Assembly (NCBI GenBank): GCA_964187785.1
Contig: OZ076409.1
Location: forward strand, 55,554,001 to 55,618,000
DNA length: 64,000 nt
Direction: 5' to 3'
DNA from: Amphiscolops sp. MND2022
Lineage: Eukaryota
Shown: piece after piece, positions 26,068 through 38,650 of the stretch
How positions within the stretch are numbered: the stretch's first letter is position 1
Layout: each line of letters opens with the position of its first letter
The notes under the pieces: model-generated
What the model was told of the DNA's origin: nothing
The model's input: the letters and a program-made list of their open reading frames with translations, nothing else
Database searches by the model: none
Position numbers and translations under genes: made by a program

Positions 26068-29000
26068 ATGGCGAATGTTCGCAAACTACGGAACAACTCC
26101 AAAGCTTCATCTACTCTGTGCAAGGAATGCAACATGGCTGTCAAGGATGATGACAGATCAGGAATTTGCTGTCACTCTTGCAACGACTGGACCCACGGTG
26201 GATGTGTTGACTTGAGTGTCACTGATGTTGAATGGCTTGGATCCAAACCCAACTGCTTTTGGGTGTGCAATTCATGTGTGCATAATGAAGTTTTCACCAA
26301 CATATACGAAGACAAGTTGACATCGTTGTTTGATTCTTCTGTTGCTGAACTTATCCCTAATGCAATCGATGACACTTTGCCAAATATCATAGTTGAATTA
26401 AATGAAAAAGTTAAAACTGCTGTCGTTGATTCGTTACCCTCATATAAAGACGTTGTTGTTACGACTATTTGCCGGTGTTGTTTTAGAGTTAGTCGCAGTG
26501 TGTATCTTAACGGGAGTGGACGTCCTTATTGCGGAAACATTTTCAGGTTCAGAACCAGAGTCTTGGACGTTCACGTGGAGTGTTTGTTTCTTGTTTAAAG
26601 GTGCTATCAGTTTAAGCATTTCCTTTTGGTTCTCCCCAAGTATTTTTGTTAAATCAGACATGATTTTTTTTCTCAACGAAGTTTTAATTTCTTCGAGATT
26701 TTCAGGTTTTAGCCTAGCCGACTTGCTAGGTCCAGCTATTAGGCTTTCACAAGGATTATTTTCAGCTAGGGAATCTTCAAAGTCACCAGAGACAAGCTCT
26801 GCTACAGCCTTCTTTTTCTGACTTCTAGTTGTCATTTTAGTTGAGAGAGAGAGTATCTTTGGAAAGATTGAATTCTTCAAAGATTTAAGTTTTCTTTCGA
26901 ACACGTTACGATAACGGAACAGAACTAATTGTTACAAAACGGATTACAAAACTGAATGAATCACATGTATGTTTTACATATTTATACCTTCCCAGCATCA
27001 TTTGTTCCTCACTTAAAAAATCCTAGGTATCACAAAATCGGGTTTGTTCAACAAAAAGCGCTAATGATTCAAATTATTTCAGCCCGGTGTCATAAATTCA
27101 GGTCTCGAAATTCCTAGTTGCGTCACTAATCCGTAAAACTTTGTTGAAAGCATTTTTGTTCAGATAATCCATTTCCTGTTTGAGCTTCAAAATTGCGGCA
27201 AAATAGAAGTCTAGCTGACATTTTTATCAGCGTAGGCACGCCGGCGTGATCAATTAGTCATTATTCAAGTTAGGAAATTGAGATTCGAAGCAAAAAAATG
27301 ACACTCGAAAATGACGACGGAAATGAAACGGAATTAAGAATTTCGGAAAATGGAAATGTCTAGTTATTAGAGAGGATAAATGATGCTAGAAGAATTTCAC
27401 CAGAACACCTTGAACTACTGTTACACATCATGAAGCCACAACAATACTTATTTAGTACAAAATTACACAAACGTAAACACAACGGTAATTGTAGCGAAAA
27501 ATAGGTTCGTATTAAATTTACGCCTCATATAAAATTGGAATCATTTGTGAATTTTACATGATCATTATATAGGTCAAACTCAAACCAAACATAACTTGAC
27601 TTCAACTAGATTACTACCTTAAAGTAGCATAAAATATGGACTTCCGGCGTTGTTACGCCAACATTAGTGTAAAGCATCAAAATGAAAGTTGTCCGTAATA
27701 TAAAAAGGGGGGGGGATTTCATAGCACTCTTAACACTGGCTGCGTACTTGATTATCATTGATAAGAATAACATGTGTGTTCTTAATTGAAGGGATTACCT
27801 AGGTACAACTAGCACCAAACGTTATCCTCACGTTGTCTTTTTTAACTAGGCCAACGGAACGTAATAATATGATATTCAACATTAATCTTTTAAAAGGGAG
27901 TCTTATGCAACGTGGTGTTAACGTATTATCTTTACAATGCAAGATTAAAACACACGGTAAACTTTTCAATTCTCTCTAACAGTACAGCTTTTCTTATGTA
28001 AAAATATTCCCGAAACCTTTAAATGCGTCGATTCAGAAAGACCTCGTTTAAATTCCATTTAGAACAATACTTCATAGTTGCTGTTTTCACAATTTGCTCC
28101 GTAGGCCTTCCGTATGTATTAAGATTGGTTATAGCTGAGCGACGGAATACAAATTTACAATCCGCTCCGTAAGCGCTCCGTATGTAATAAGATTGGTAAT
28201 AGCTGAGCAGCAGTAGCAAGCGGAGTGAAAACGGAGAGCGTAGGCAATTGCATTCGCTTTTCTTAGCTAGTAAGCGTTGCTAAAGGCAATCAAGCGCAAT
28301 TCTATTGGTATGAGCTAAAATAATTCAGCAAGCGACGCTATTGGTCCGTAAAAATAGAAACACCCGTTGCTAGCCTAGTTGAGTGACGCTGTCATAACTT
28401 TGTAAACAAATACTTAAAATCACTTGACTGCGGTTTTAAGTGAATATTTAACAACTACTTTAATATTGGAATACATTTTCACTATATTTTTGTATGTTCT
28501 TTCATTTTAGATTGTATGGACTCCGTTGTGATGTCGGAGTTAAATGTCGTCCCTGTGTTTTCATTTTAGTGTGGAGCAACAAAAATGATCCCATTTGCAA
28601 AAATGTTTTTGTTTTAGTATTTAGATTGGAATGGAAAAACTCAGAAGATAAAACCGGAAAAAAAACGGGGTTGCGTGTGAAAACATTAATCCGGAAGTTT
28701 TAGCTAGTTTAAAAGTCATTTCTGAAAAATCTTCCGTAACGCTTACGTTGAATTCTGTATCTGGAAAATTATTTGCACTTATTTAGCTGTACTGTAAGTA
28801 GAATTTGATTAGTTTAACAGAGTTTAAAGTTATTTACTTTGCCCTTGTCCGTGTCCTCTGCCGAATCCCGGTATTCCAGAGCAGCAAGTAAAATTACTAC
28901 CGGGGGCGGGTCGTGACAGTTGTAACTGGCAAAAACGTAAACAAATTCACTACAAACTCTGAGTTGAACTTCATCTCACTGGGGCCAGCGAAATTGGATC

Positions 29001-31614
29001 ATCTTACTTTCAGCAAGTTGACATGATTCGGAAACTGTGAACAAAATCCCTGGTCACATGCGTCTGGAAAACAAAGGCAATGTCACTGCAGTGAGAAGGC
29101 TTGGCAAAAAATTGAATCCGGCCAATATCGCACCTAGAGGTTGTCGTCCCTTATTGATTACTACATCAAATAATCATTTTCTACAAAATTGTTTCGCCAG
29201 AAGTCACTACCTGAAAACATATACTGATCCAGTGTATGTTCAGAAGTTCTTGATACCTAGAGAACGCAAAATTGAGAAAGCTGTACTGAAAAATGTTATT
29301 CTTTGGTGTCGGAAGGTAAAAAGAGAGAGGATTTCCGCATCAAAATTTTGCAGCTCTTCTACCAAGGCAAACTAGTTCAATCGCGCACGTACTGACTAAA
29401 CTGTCTTTTGGTGAAATGTCAATGAGTCTGTAGCATTGAAAAGAAACAACATTTGAACAAGTTATGTTCTGTCAACACTGTTTTTTTTAGTCTTTTTAAC
29501 AAAAACATGGCTCTCAAATGATGTGAAGAATTCTGAAGTTTTTGTGGGCAAGTCTTTCACTGTTATCGCTCGATCTGACTGTTCTTTTGGCTCTCATGGA
29601 GGTGTGCTGGTTGGTGCCTCAAACGATGTCAATGCGAATATTAAGGATGTCACTATTGCAGACTACGAATTCTCTCTAGCGTGTGTTGTTGTTGATATCA
29701 AACATATATGCTTCGTACTTATTTATTTCCCACTTTCTACATCTGAGGTGACTGCTTCAATGAGTTATCAATGCGGTTTTGGCGATGATTATATTTTATA
29801 CATTCACGGTCATTTCAGTTTTCCTGTTATCGATTGGTCCACACTATCATCTTCAGATACCATTGAGGAAACATTCATTGAAACCTTTGACTTGTTAGCG
29901 GTTTCGCAGTTAATCGACCTCCCTACTCATAAGTTGGGAAATACTCTTGATCTGATTCTAACAAATGACACACTTGCCCTTTCAATGTTCACAAACAAAT
30001 GTTTTCTGATCATTTTCCAATGTTATTCCAAACATCTTGTTGCCTGCCTAAACCAGTTTGTAATGAATCGCTATCCGAATCTTCTTTTGACCAAATCCTC
30101 TTCAATAGTAATCTTGAAACTTTATTCACCTTCATAACACTTGATAACATGTCTAACCCCTGTCATCCCTACGAATGGTATGAACTTCTGACCCAATCCA
30201 TTAGAAGCTCTTTTCCTACTCTTTTTCTACTCTTCCCATGCAATCCACCTTCTCAATCGTGTTAAAACTAACCAAACAAAGTTGAACAAAGTTGGACGCT
30301 TCACATTTCAATCAAGCACATTCATTTGACGCGTTTACTTTTTCTGAATCTATCGAACTCGGCAAACACATCTACATTGAGCAAAACGAAATACCGTAAC
30401 CCAGATGATATGATGATGTTATATCTTGATAAAGTCATTGATTCTAACGTACCGTCTTTAGCTGCATATTTCGACATCAGGAAATCTTTTGACTCAGTGC
30501 CTCATCATCTACTTCTGCAAAAACATGTGAATTTCGGTTTTTGTCCTGACTTCATTCGCTTGGTGTCTTCTAACCTGGATGAACGCTCTCAATGTGTAAA
30601 ACTCAATAATATCTACTAGGGTAAAATTTCCGTCTCCTCTGGTGTACCGCAAGGTAGTTTACTGGGTCGAATACTGTTTATCCTGTTTGTAAACGAAATG
30701 CGGAACTCAATAAATTATGGTACTTTTTTCTTGATTGCCAATGATATGAAGGTAATGTTTGAAGTTGATCCCCGCCAAATTCAAAGTGACATAGACAACT
30801 TGTATCTTTGGAGTATTGTCAATGGTCAGATCTTCCACCCTTCAAAGTGTAAAATTTTACCGTTTGGTACCTCGTCTTTCTATGTCTCATTCATCCTTGG
30901 CCACAGTGATCTTCATGTATTTGACAATATAAAAGATCTGGGCTTCATGATAACTCACAATCCCAGTTGGAACAGCCACATTGACCACAAATTAGCTACT
31001 GCTCGAAAAATATGTGGGTTTCTCCCAAGAAATGTTCCATTCAATTGTTCTATTGTTAGAAAGAAACTGCTGTATCAAAGTCCTATTTTGTCTGTTCTTC
31101 TGTACAGCTTTCCTGTGTGGTTTCCCCCTCCACGTAAATTGTAAAATTAGAAAAATTCCAATATGAGGTGTTGAAATTTATTACTTCATCAGTGGACTAT
31201 GTTCCAGGTTTACTCCAGCTACAGTTTCTTCCAATCTGCTACCAACTGTTCAAAGCTGACGTGATTCTACTATGGAAAAATTACAATGGTGATGTTGATT
31301 GTGTATATTGTCCTTCTAATGTCGCCTCATGTACACGAGCATCTTCGGCAGATCTATTCACTATCCCTGATACAAAAAAAGTTGGCTCTAACGCAAACTT
31401 CTTCGTACAAGCTACACGTTCTGTGAACTTTCTCTTGAGTCAAAATGTAATATCTTTAACCATGTCTCTATCATCATTGAAGTTTTCTCTTGACTGTTAT
31501 TTTAAGATGCTAACAAAGAATTTCAACATCGATACTTCTTGTTGCTTTTACCTCAAATGTATGTGCGCTTTTTGTAGGTCCTATATCACCTGTTTGAATT
31601 TTGTTTGCTATTAA
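26068..31614 (+). mobile_element. PHD-ORF1 LINE, copy 3, with APE and decayed RT
   Basis: RT motifs YFDIRKSFDSVPH, SGVPQGSLLG, LIANDMK (degenerate FADD), HPSKC and KDLG; Cys-rich end. Stops, frameshifts and an apparent deletion between APE and RT. Confidence 0.9.
26457..28918 (-). mobile_element. Solo LTR, copy 3
   Basis: TGTTACGAC..GTCGTGACA ends; GTTGT TSD. Confidence 0.9.
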
Positions 31615-31664
31615 AATTTTTGTTGTTAAATATATTCCGTATTTGGAATTGAGTCTTTTATTAT

Positions 31665-31954
<290 letters not shown>

Positions 31955-32049
31955 AACGTTGAAGGTCTAAATAAGCAAGTCGAAAGTTATTTTTCATTCC
32001 AATTTTAGCGGGATGGACCTAATAGAAAGATAACCAATAGATATGACAA

Positions 32050-33456
32050 TATAATGTAGGTCATTTGATTGTTGTATGAGTGGAGATTCCGATTCATGTC
32101 GTCGTATCTCCTACGAGAAAATGTATTGTTTCGGGGACGCAGCTTCAGTTGCATGAGATGTCTCGTGCGACGACGGTTTCCGGGGATGCTTTAAAGATCT
32201 GTTGTTGTGGCGATTGTTGTTTGTGGAAAAGTGAAAGACGATTCGTGTAGACGAAAGGTGGGTTCTGAACTACTGGCGGAAATAGAAGAAACGAGGGCAC
32301 ATAAGTTGGACGTTGAGACGTTGGAGGAACAAAGGAAGGTTGAGGTTTGAAGTCAACAGCGGTGTAAGCAAAGGGTACTCTGTGGCAAGGTCTGTGTATT
32401 CAGGAGTGTTGGTTGGAGAAGTCATCCGGAATGAGTTAGAAAAACAAATGAAAAACAAAAACAAAAACGAAGTGAATATATAAAAACTAGCTGTTTTCAT
32501 GATTTGTGTGACAAAAATTGTAGTTCTTCTGAAAGAGAATGAAGAGATGTTTTTTTGCAAAAGTTTATTGTTAGAAAAACAGAGGAAAGATTGTTAAAAT
32601 TAGCAAGAATTTCGATGAAATTTTTAATTGAGAGTAGAGAAACGCTAAAGATTCTCATATACTTTTGAGAGCCCATTTTTCTTGAAGAGCAAACTCTTGT
32701 AGTGACAAGTATAATTAGCCACAATCGTTGAGGATATTCACCTTAGTTGAAACTAAAAAAATGAAGTATTTATAAAGATGTTTGGAAAAGTTAACGGTTT
32801 ATTTGAAAATTAGGAAGAGTTATAAAAAAGAGAAGTGTTTTTTGTACTGTCTCATGATAAACGTTGAGTAGAGTCTAATACAAATGGGAGTGATATTGGA
32901 AATCTGGAGGTAGTTTTAGTCAATTAAGGATTTTAGAGTAATTGTAATGCTTAAAAGATAGTTTATTTATGGTGTCTAGTGTGAAAGTGAAGGAAAAGTA
33001 GATCAAATATGATATCGACCCACAGTGTAGACGAACTTGGTCGCACCAGTTACCTTCTTGTGTTTTAATAGAAGTTTTTGTTAGATTTCAAGATTCCAGA
33101 TGACTGCAAGTAGCTACTTCAGGAAGACGCTAACAGAGCTGCAGACATTATGTATCAAGAACAACTGTGGTGATGAAGAATTTTTTGTCCCTCCCAAAAG
33201 ATTACAAATTAAAAGGTGTTTACACTTTAGGTGGTTTAGATGGTAGACAGAGTATATACGTACTATGTGTAGACTACCCAAAGAAGGGAGAATAAAAGGA
33301 AAAGAGAGTTATATCATCAGTTTAATAAAACTCAATCGTTGACCCTGTCTAGATACATAAAACGAGAAATACATTTAGTTTTGGGCGGAATCCGAACCAA
33401 AAATTCGCTCAAGAAGCACGCATTCTAATCACTGGGCCAAGTGACGGGACGTTACG
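32050..33456 (-). mobile_element. Probable retroelement remnant with a tRNA-like (Pol III A/B box) head; left boundary approximate
   Basis: Minus strand reads GTAACGTCCCGTCACT-TGGCCCAGTGATTAG...GGTTCGGATTCC, with a downstream ORF remnant MTSPTNTPEY. No TSD found. Confidence 0.35.
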
Positions 33457-34189
33457 GCGGAAGTCTGCGCATAAACTGGATCATACAGTGCGAGCTTTCT
33501 GGTGAGAAAATAAAATGTCACTATGGTAGTCGGGTCCATTTTCTGAAAAAAAGGCAGCTGAAAAAACCAAAGGATGCTGACTCTCTGAAATATTGACAAT
33601 TTTCCGAAACAAAGTCACACATTGCCAAAAGAAACCATTTCAAATAATTTTCATTTTTAGAAATCTTTTTCCATAAATCCATAAAAGGATCACAAATCCC
33701 TTTTACAAAAATTAGGTCAGAATATGAAAGGGGACTTATTCAATCATTTTAGTAACATTTTTGTACACTTTTTATAGTCACTTCGAAGGGATTATAAATT
33801 ACAACGAAAAGCCAGTATAGTCCAACGCATACTTGCTCCAATATATTAATTGTTGTGTGTTTGCCGCCAAAGTCTGCTTGAAATGTTTGAAAAACTAGTC
33901 ACTGTAATAGTCAGTCACCTTGCTTTAAAAAATCAAATAATGACTACAAACAGTTAGTTATAACTATAGGTACTTGAAGTCTGATAGCACCCATATGATG
34001 ATTGCTTATTAAGTAGGGGCGACGAAGGTGTCTTTGCTTGGCAATTTCCAGAACCAACCACTTCATTAATAGACAACTTGCCAATTTTATATATTGGGTC
34101 GAAAACAACCAAGCTTCACCAATATACTTTGTTCAGTCTTTTGGTTCCTAATTGATGGTTCCTGAAAACGCTTAAAATTTCTGTTTTAG

Positions 34190-34312
34190 ATATGGAGAAA
34201 TGCCTAACCGCTGGAATCACATGTTCTGAGTTTGCCATTTGCGTCACACGAGATTTCATACACGAATGCTCTTGTATCAATGGTTTTGAGGGAGACGGAA
34301 CACACTGTTCAG
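34190..34312 (+). CDS. Host gene exon: one EGF-like domain (absent from ORF track)
   Basis: TTTTAG acceptor; 123 nt phase 1-1 exon DMEKCLTAGITCSEFAICVTRDFIHECSCINGFEGDGTHCS with six-Cys EGF spacing; GT donor. Confidence 0.8.
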
Positions 34313-34645
34313 GTTTCATTTTCTGGGAAATAATTTCAAAGGAATGGATTTTATGATGAGCATGAATTTTCAAAAACTTCAAAACATTTTTTAATTCAAT
34401 TTCATTAGTCTGAAGAAATCTTAGAATTGAACGAATGTAATTTTATCGTGAACTTGAACCGCCGGGGTGACATTTGCAGTTTTTATAATGGTAATATCAA
34501 TGTCTATCATGGAACCTCACATGGATTTGAAGCGCGTATTGAACGAATTTTCGCAAAGCCGTAGTGCGCAACCTCTTCACTGGAAGGGCAATAATTTGTC
34601 ACTAGAAAACCAGCGCTTATAGTTAGAATCTCCCCTAGTCGAGAT

Positions 34646-35174
34646 TGCTTGAACTTTTTACATGCTGCATGGAAACATGCAGGCTAATTTCTTTATAAAA
34701 CATGGAAAATTCCGGGACCGTGCATGGAAATATTTTGTAGGATTATAATGCAGTCTTCACTGTTTGAACTAAAACTGAAAACAATTCCACTTCTTCGCCG
34801 CAGCGATCACTTTGTTTTCACGCGTAAGTTTCTCATGTAAGTACTTTATGTAATCACCGTTAGCCAAATAGCACGCTGAATATGACGCTACTTTGAAACT
34901 TATAATGTGACTGCAATTTGTTTGCATTGAAAGCGCGGTAAATATGATTAAGGTTTCAGCTGCTTTCAAAATTAGAACGGCGTCTTTATGAAACCTGCAA
35001 AACGTCGCGGCGCAGAATTGCAGAAATTTAAGATGCATTTTACAGGCAGCTTGATAAAATTAAATCGAATCAGTGAAGATTTAATGCATGGACATTTCTT
35101 TGAGAATTTTATAAAATCATGGAAAATTAGCTTGGTAACCTACAAAAACATGTAAAAAGTTCAAGCAGGGTCTG
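34646..35174. mobile_element. MITE-like inverted-repeat element
   Basis: Perfect 19 bp inverted repeat TGCTTGAACTTTTTACATG (34646-34664) / CATGTAAAAAGTTCAAGCA (35149-35167), with further imperfect inner repeats. TSD not identified. Confidence 0.6.
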
Positions 35175-35424
35175 TATAAACTGAGTTATAAATGTTTTTT
35201 TAACACTGTGTACATAGCGGAGTCGAGACACAATTTACTGGAAAACTAATATGATTGCGTCAAAACTGTTTTTTGATTTTTGAAAAAAAGTCCACTGGTG
35301 GCAACTGAAGGTAAAAGTGATCAAAAGTTCGAATTTCTTCTGGTGATCATCGGTGTTCTATCGGCGGTTTACGGTGGACTGCCAGCCCGGATTTACTTTA
35401 CTGTCAACCAAATATTGTTTCCAG

Positions 35425-35697
35425 ATATTGAAGAGTGTGCCCCAAGTGCCTCAGATCTGTCTTTTGTTAACGTTTGTAATACAACGACTGAGGTTTGTCA
35501 GAACACATTGGGCTCATTCGAGTGTCACTGTCGGGAAGGTTATACGCGCACTGACAACCAATCGATTTGCAGCAATATCAACGAATGTGAAACTGAAACT
35601 CATTGTCAGGGAGCCTACGAAGAGTGTCTCGATCTTCAAGGAACATACAGCTGCGATTGTGTCACTGGATTTTTTCGTGATGAACAGCAATGCAAAG
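35425..35697 (+). CDS. Host gene exon: two calcium-binding EGF domains (fibrillin/fibulin-like extracellular protein)
   Basis: TTTCCAG acceptor; 273 nt phase 1-1 exon with DIEEC..CQNTLGSFECHCREGY and NINEC..CLDLQGTYSCDCVTGF; GTACTG donor. Confidence 0.9.
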
Positions 35698-36018
35698 GTA
35701 CTGTTTTTGTAATTACCATATCATGAATCTTCACTATTTTTGTTTTCCCCTTTTCTTGATTTATATCATCTAGCACACAAAAAACCTTACCTTCCTCCGT
35801 ATATTTTAGATCTTGCTATTCTTAAAAATGTTTAATCCCAGTCGGATGCTTTTTGAAAACTAACAAAAACCGTCTGATAGCTAACTGACATACATCCTTT
35901 TCACTAAAGTTCACTCTTGAGTAAAACTTCAAACGAACGTCGGAACTCGAAGACGATATTCATGATGGGGTTTGTTCATCATTGAGACTTTGAAAAATGA
36001 AACAGTGATATAACACAG

Positions 36019-37953
36019 TGTCATGAACATTACGATGTATTGTATCACCGTGTTCATTATTGAGGGTAGTTCTAGTTTTCGCATTATACTGAACTTCGGA
36101 ATAACTTTCCGGTCTCTCGTCGGATCTCCCCCATCCCCTTCTAGTCTCTTGTCCTGAACCGGCCATAATAACGTTTTGAATTTGTGGCAAAACTTGGTTA
36201 TTGATGGCATCACTTATGGCTCTCTGGATTTGAGAACTAACGCTGTTCATCATCTCATCCATCTCCCTAGATATTCTAGAGTTTAGTTCACACGATAACT
36301 TATTGATCTCAGCTTGAGAATCTATACTCGCTGTGGTTCGGTCGTAACCGGCACTAGTCCCAGTTTCGGGATTTCTATGATCAGAATGGAGATTCATTTC
36401 CTCATTTTCTAAGTTATTGCTTGTAACACTTTCCTGCCTTCTAATGGAAGTTCCATCGAGGCTTTCGTCTCTCCTCATGACATTGAAGTGATTTTCACCT
36501 AACATTATGTCAAGGTTTTCAATGTCAGAGAGAATCTCTAATCCTCTAGATTTCCTTGCCTTCTTTTGTTTTCTAGTAGTAGGCATTAAGACTAAACCGG
36601 GTTGAATAGTTAAATTATTAAAACCGGAAAACAGAATTGATGTTAACGAGAAAGTGTTATCAACTGAATATTAGGAGCAAAACAAAATTGTGTCCACCCA
36701 AAGGAAGTTGCCCCTATATATACTTCCTTGGGCGGGATAAACATGATGCAAACAGCCAAAAAATGTTACAAACACATTCCGAAAGCACCTGACTTAACTC
36801 GACTATGCAAGCATCAAAGTGCCGCCGAATCGTGATCGTAAGGTCACGCGGCTGATCAAATTCCTGTTTTGACAACTATAACAAGTATTCAAAAGGCACA
36901 CGGTACATCAAATAGCATCGATTAAAATGTTTACGCCGCTAATATTTCAGGAATGCTGACAATCTCGTGTCGGCACGTGCCCCGTTTGCAGGCTAGATCA
37001 ACTTGTATACAGCAATGTTACATGTAACAGCACATATTTTCCTTTATATAATATGCACACAGATTCCACGTGTCAACTAGTAAATATGGTCAGACATGTC
37101 CTTTGGACTAATATTGGTAGCAACATCATACATTGGTATTGATTACACCAATTAATTTCAAAAGTTACATGAGTCTTTACGACGTACTTGTAATTATAAA
37201 TGACATTTAAAGTACACTAAATGATTGTAATTAGCATCTGAATAATAGTATTGAAAAGGGGCCTCAACCGGCAACTGTCCAATTGGTCACAGCAACAGAG
37301 GATAGAAGTCAGGCAAATGGCCTTATTCGGCCTAATATTGGAATGGATAAAATAAAGCGCCAATTAGCTAAAATGAACGTTTAATTAGTACAGCAACGTG
37401 ATTAGACTACTATTGAACGAAACACAACAGTGCTCGCTTTAATATTCTTTCATCTGAACATTAAGGCCGGAACCGGCCGTTTGACTAAAGCGCCAATAGA
37501 TAAAGGTGAAATTCCGGCATATGGCCTAAACCGGCCATTAATTAAATACAGCACTACTATTACTCAAATGGATGAATATGATTGACTAACAGGTTGTGCT
37601 CAAGTGACGTCTCCGGAATTGGAGTTATGTTCACTTGAACTCGTTTCCTTTACGCTTTCTAGCTGCCTATCTATTGCTATAACAGCGTGTTCATACTGCA
37701 CTTCTAGCTCTTACAATTATCAATACAGCATCTGAATTTTCAAATGTTGGCATTAACGGACTAATATCAACAAACTATATACTAAGTGTAAAATTCGCAA
37801 CGATAACAGGTACAACTTGTAGACTAAAAAATAATAGCAAAGTTTGTGTTTTTAATGTTTACCTCTAATATATTGGTAGAGTTCCGGCCGCTATTTCCTG
37901 TCCTTCTGCGGTAGTAGTGATCCTTGTACCATCACAGGCGGCAGCCTGCGACA
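36019..37953 (-). repeat. 3' LTR of element B (1935 bp)
   Basis: Matches 50417-52355 with about 18 substitutions and one 4 bp indel by manual count (~1%). Confidence 0.97.
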
Positions 37954-38650
37954 CTGCAGGTGTTAGGAAAAGTAAGCTTCCTGCGTTCAAGCCATTTTCA
38001 TAAGCCTCTCGTCGTAGGGCGGTAATATAAGCGGGCTCACTGCTAGGTGTCGATCTTTGCATGTACCAGTTCACCTTTTCTGCTTTTATTTGATCTCTCG
38101 ACTTGCCACATACCATACAGCCTGTGTGCAAATTTTGGCTCACATCCTGGTAAGGCTCGATATTTTGCACATGATAGGACGCATAGAAAGATCCAGAGGT
38201 TGACTGCGCAAGAGGGGTGTCAATGCTCGGTCCTCTTTCATGGTCAGGAGGAGACTGTGGGGACTCCAGAACGGGTAATGCAGTTGCACAGAGCTCGACT
38301 TTTGATTTTCTTTGTTTTTTCGATGGGGCCAAGCACATTTCCTTGTTAAAATACTCGAATCCCAGTTTAGGGGTAGAGGGCGGAACAGGCCATGCACTGC
38401 TTGGTCCAGCTGTCATCTCGTCATCTAAATCTTCTGTCGTCATCCCGCGTCTCGCTATAGGGATTGGAGCTGCTTTCACCTCTCGTTCTATTCTTTCTAT
38501 GATCTCTTCTGTATCCGTGGACCAGTCTGAGTCCCAGGAACTTGAGACTTCATTCTCACTGTCACTTGAGATGTAGATAACTGAATCCGCTGAACTTCCT
38601 GAGTCTTCTTCAAGATCAAAGAGCTTTTTAGTTAGGTTATACCTCTGCAT
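37865..38650 (-). CDS. Element B sense accessory ORF, 261 aa, function unknown; ends inside the 3' LTR
   Basis: Uninterrupted ATG ORF; acidic N-terminus with VIYISSDSE, basic KKQRKSK, and CMVC. Confidence 0.65.
   Translation of the reverse strand: MQRYNLTKKLFDLEEDSGSSADSVIYISSDSENEVSSSWDSDWSTDTEEIIERIEREVKAAPIPIARRGMTTEDLDDEMTAGPSSAWPVPPSTPKLGFEYFNKEMCLAPSKKQRKSKVELCATALPVLESPQSPPDHERGPSIDTPLAQSTSGSFYASYHVQNIEPYQDVSQNLHTGCMVCGKSRDQIKAEKVNWYMQRSTPSSEPAYITALRREAYENGLNAGSLLFLTPAVSQAAACDGTRITTTAEGQEIAAGTLPIY

Larger units (their letters stand above)
19452..30132. repeat. Tandem segmental duplication, copy 3 (runs on into the unduplicated LINE 3' half)
   Basis: Colinear with copies 1 and 2. After TTTATTCACCTT (30132) it continues CATAACAC into LINE ORF2 instead of the junction. 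Confidence 0.95.

Noticed and set aside
4195..28918. Repeated LTRs as paired ends of intact elements
   Set aside because: Each has its own GTTGT TSD and identical flanks, so they are one solo LTR copied by segmental duplication.
33381..33445. Functional tRNA gene
   Set aside because: A and B boxes are present but no convincing acceptor or anticodon stems.
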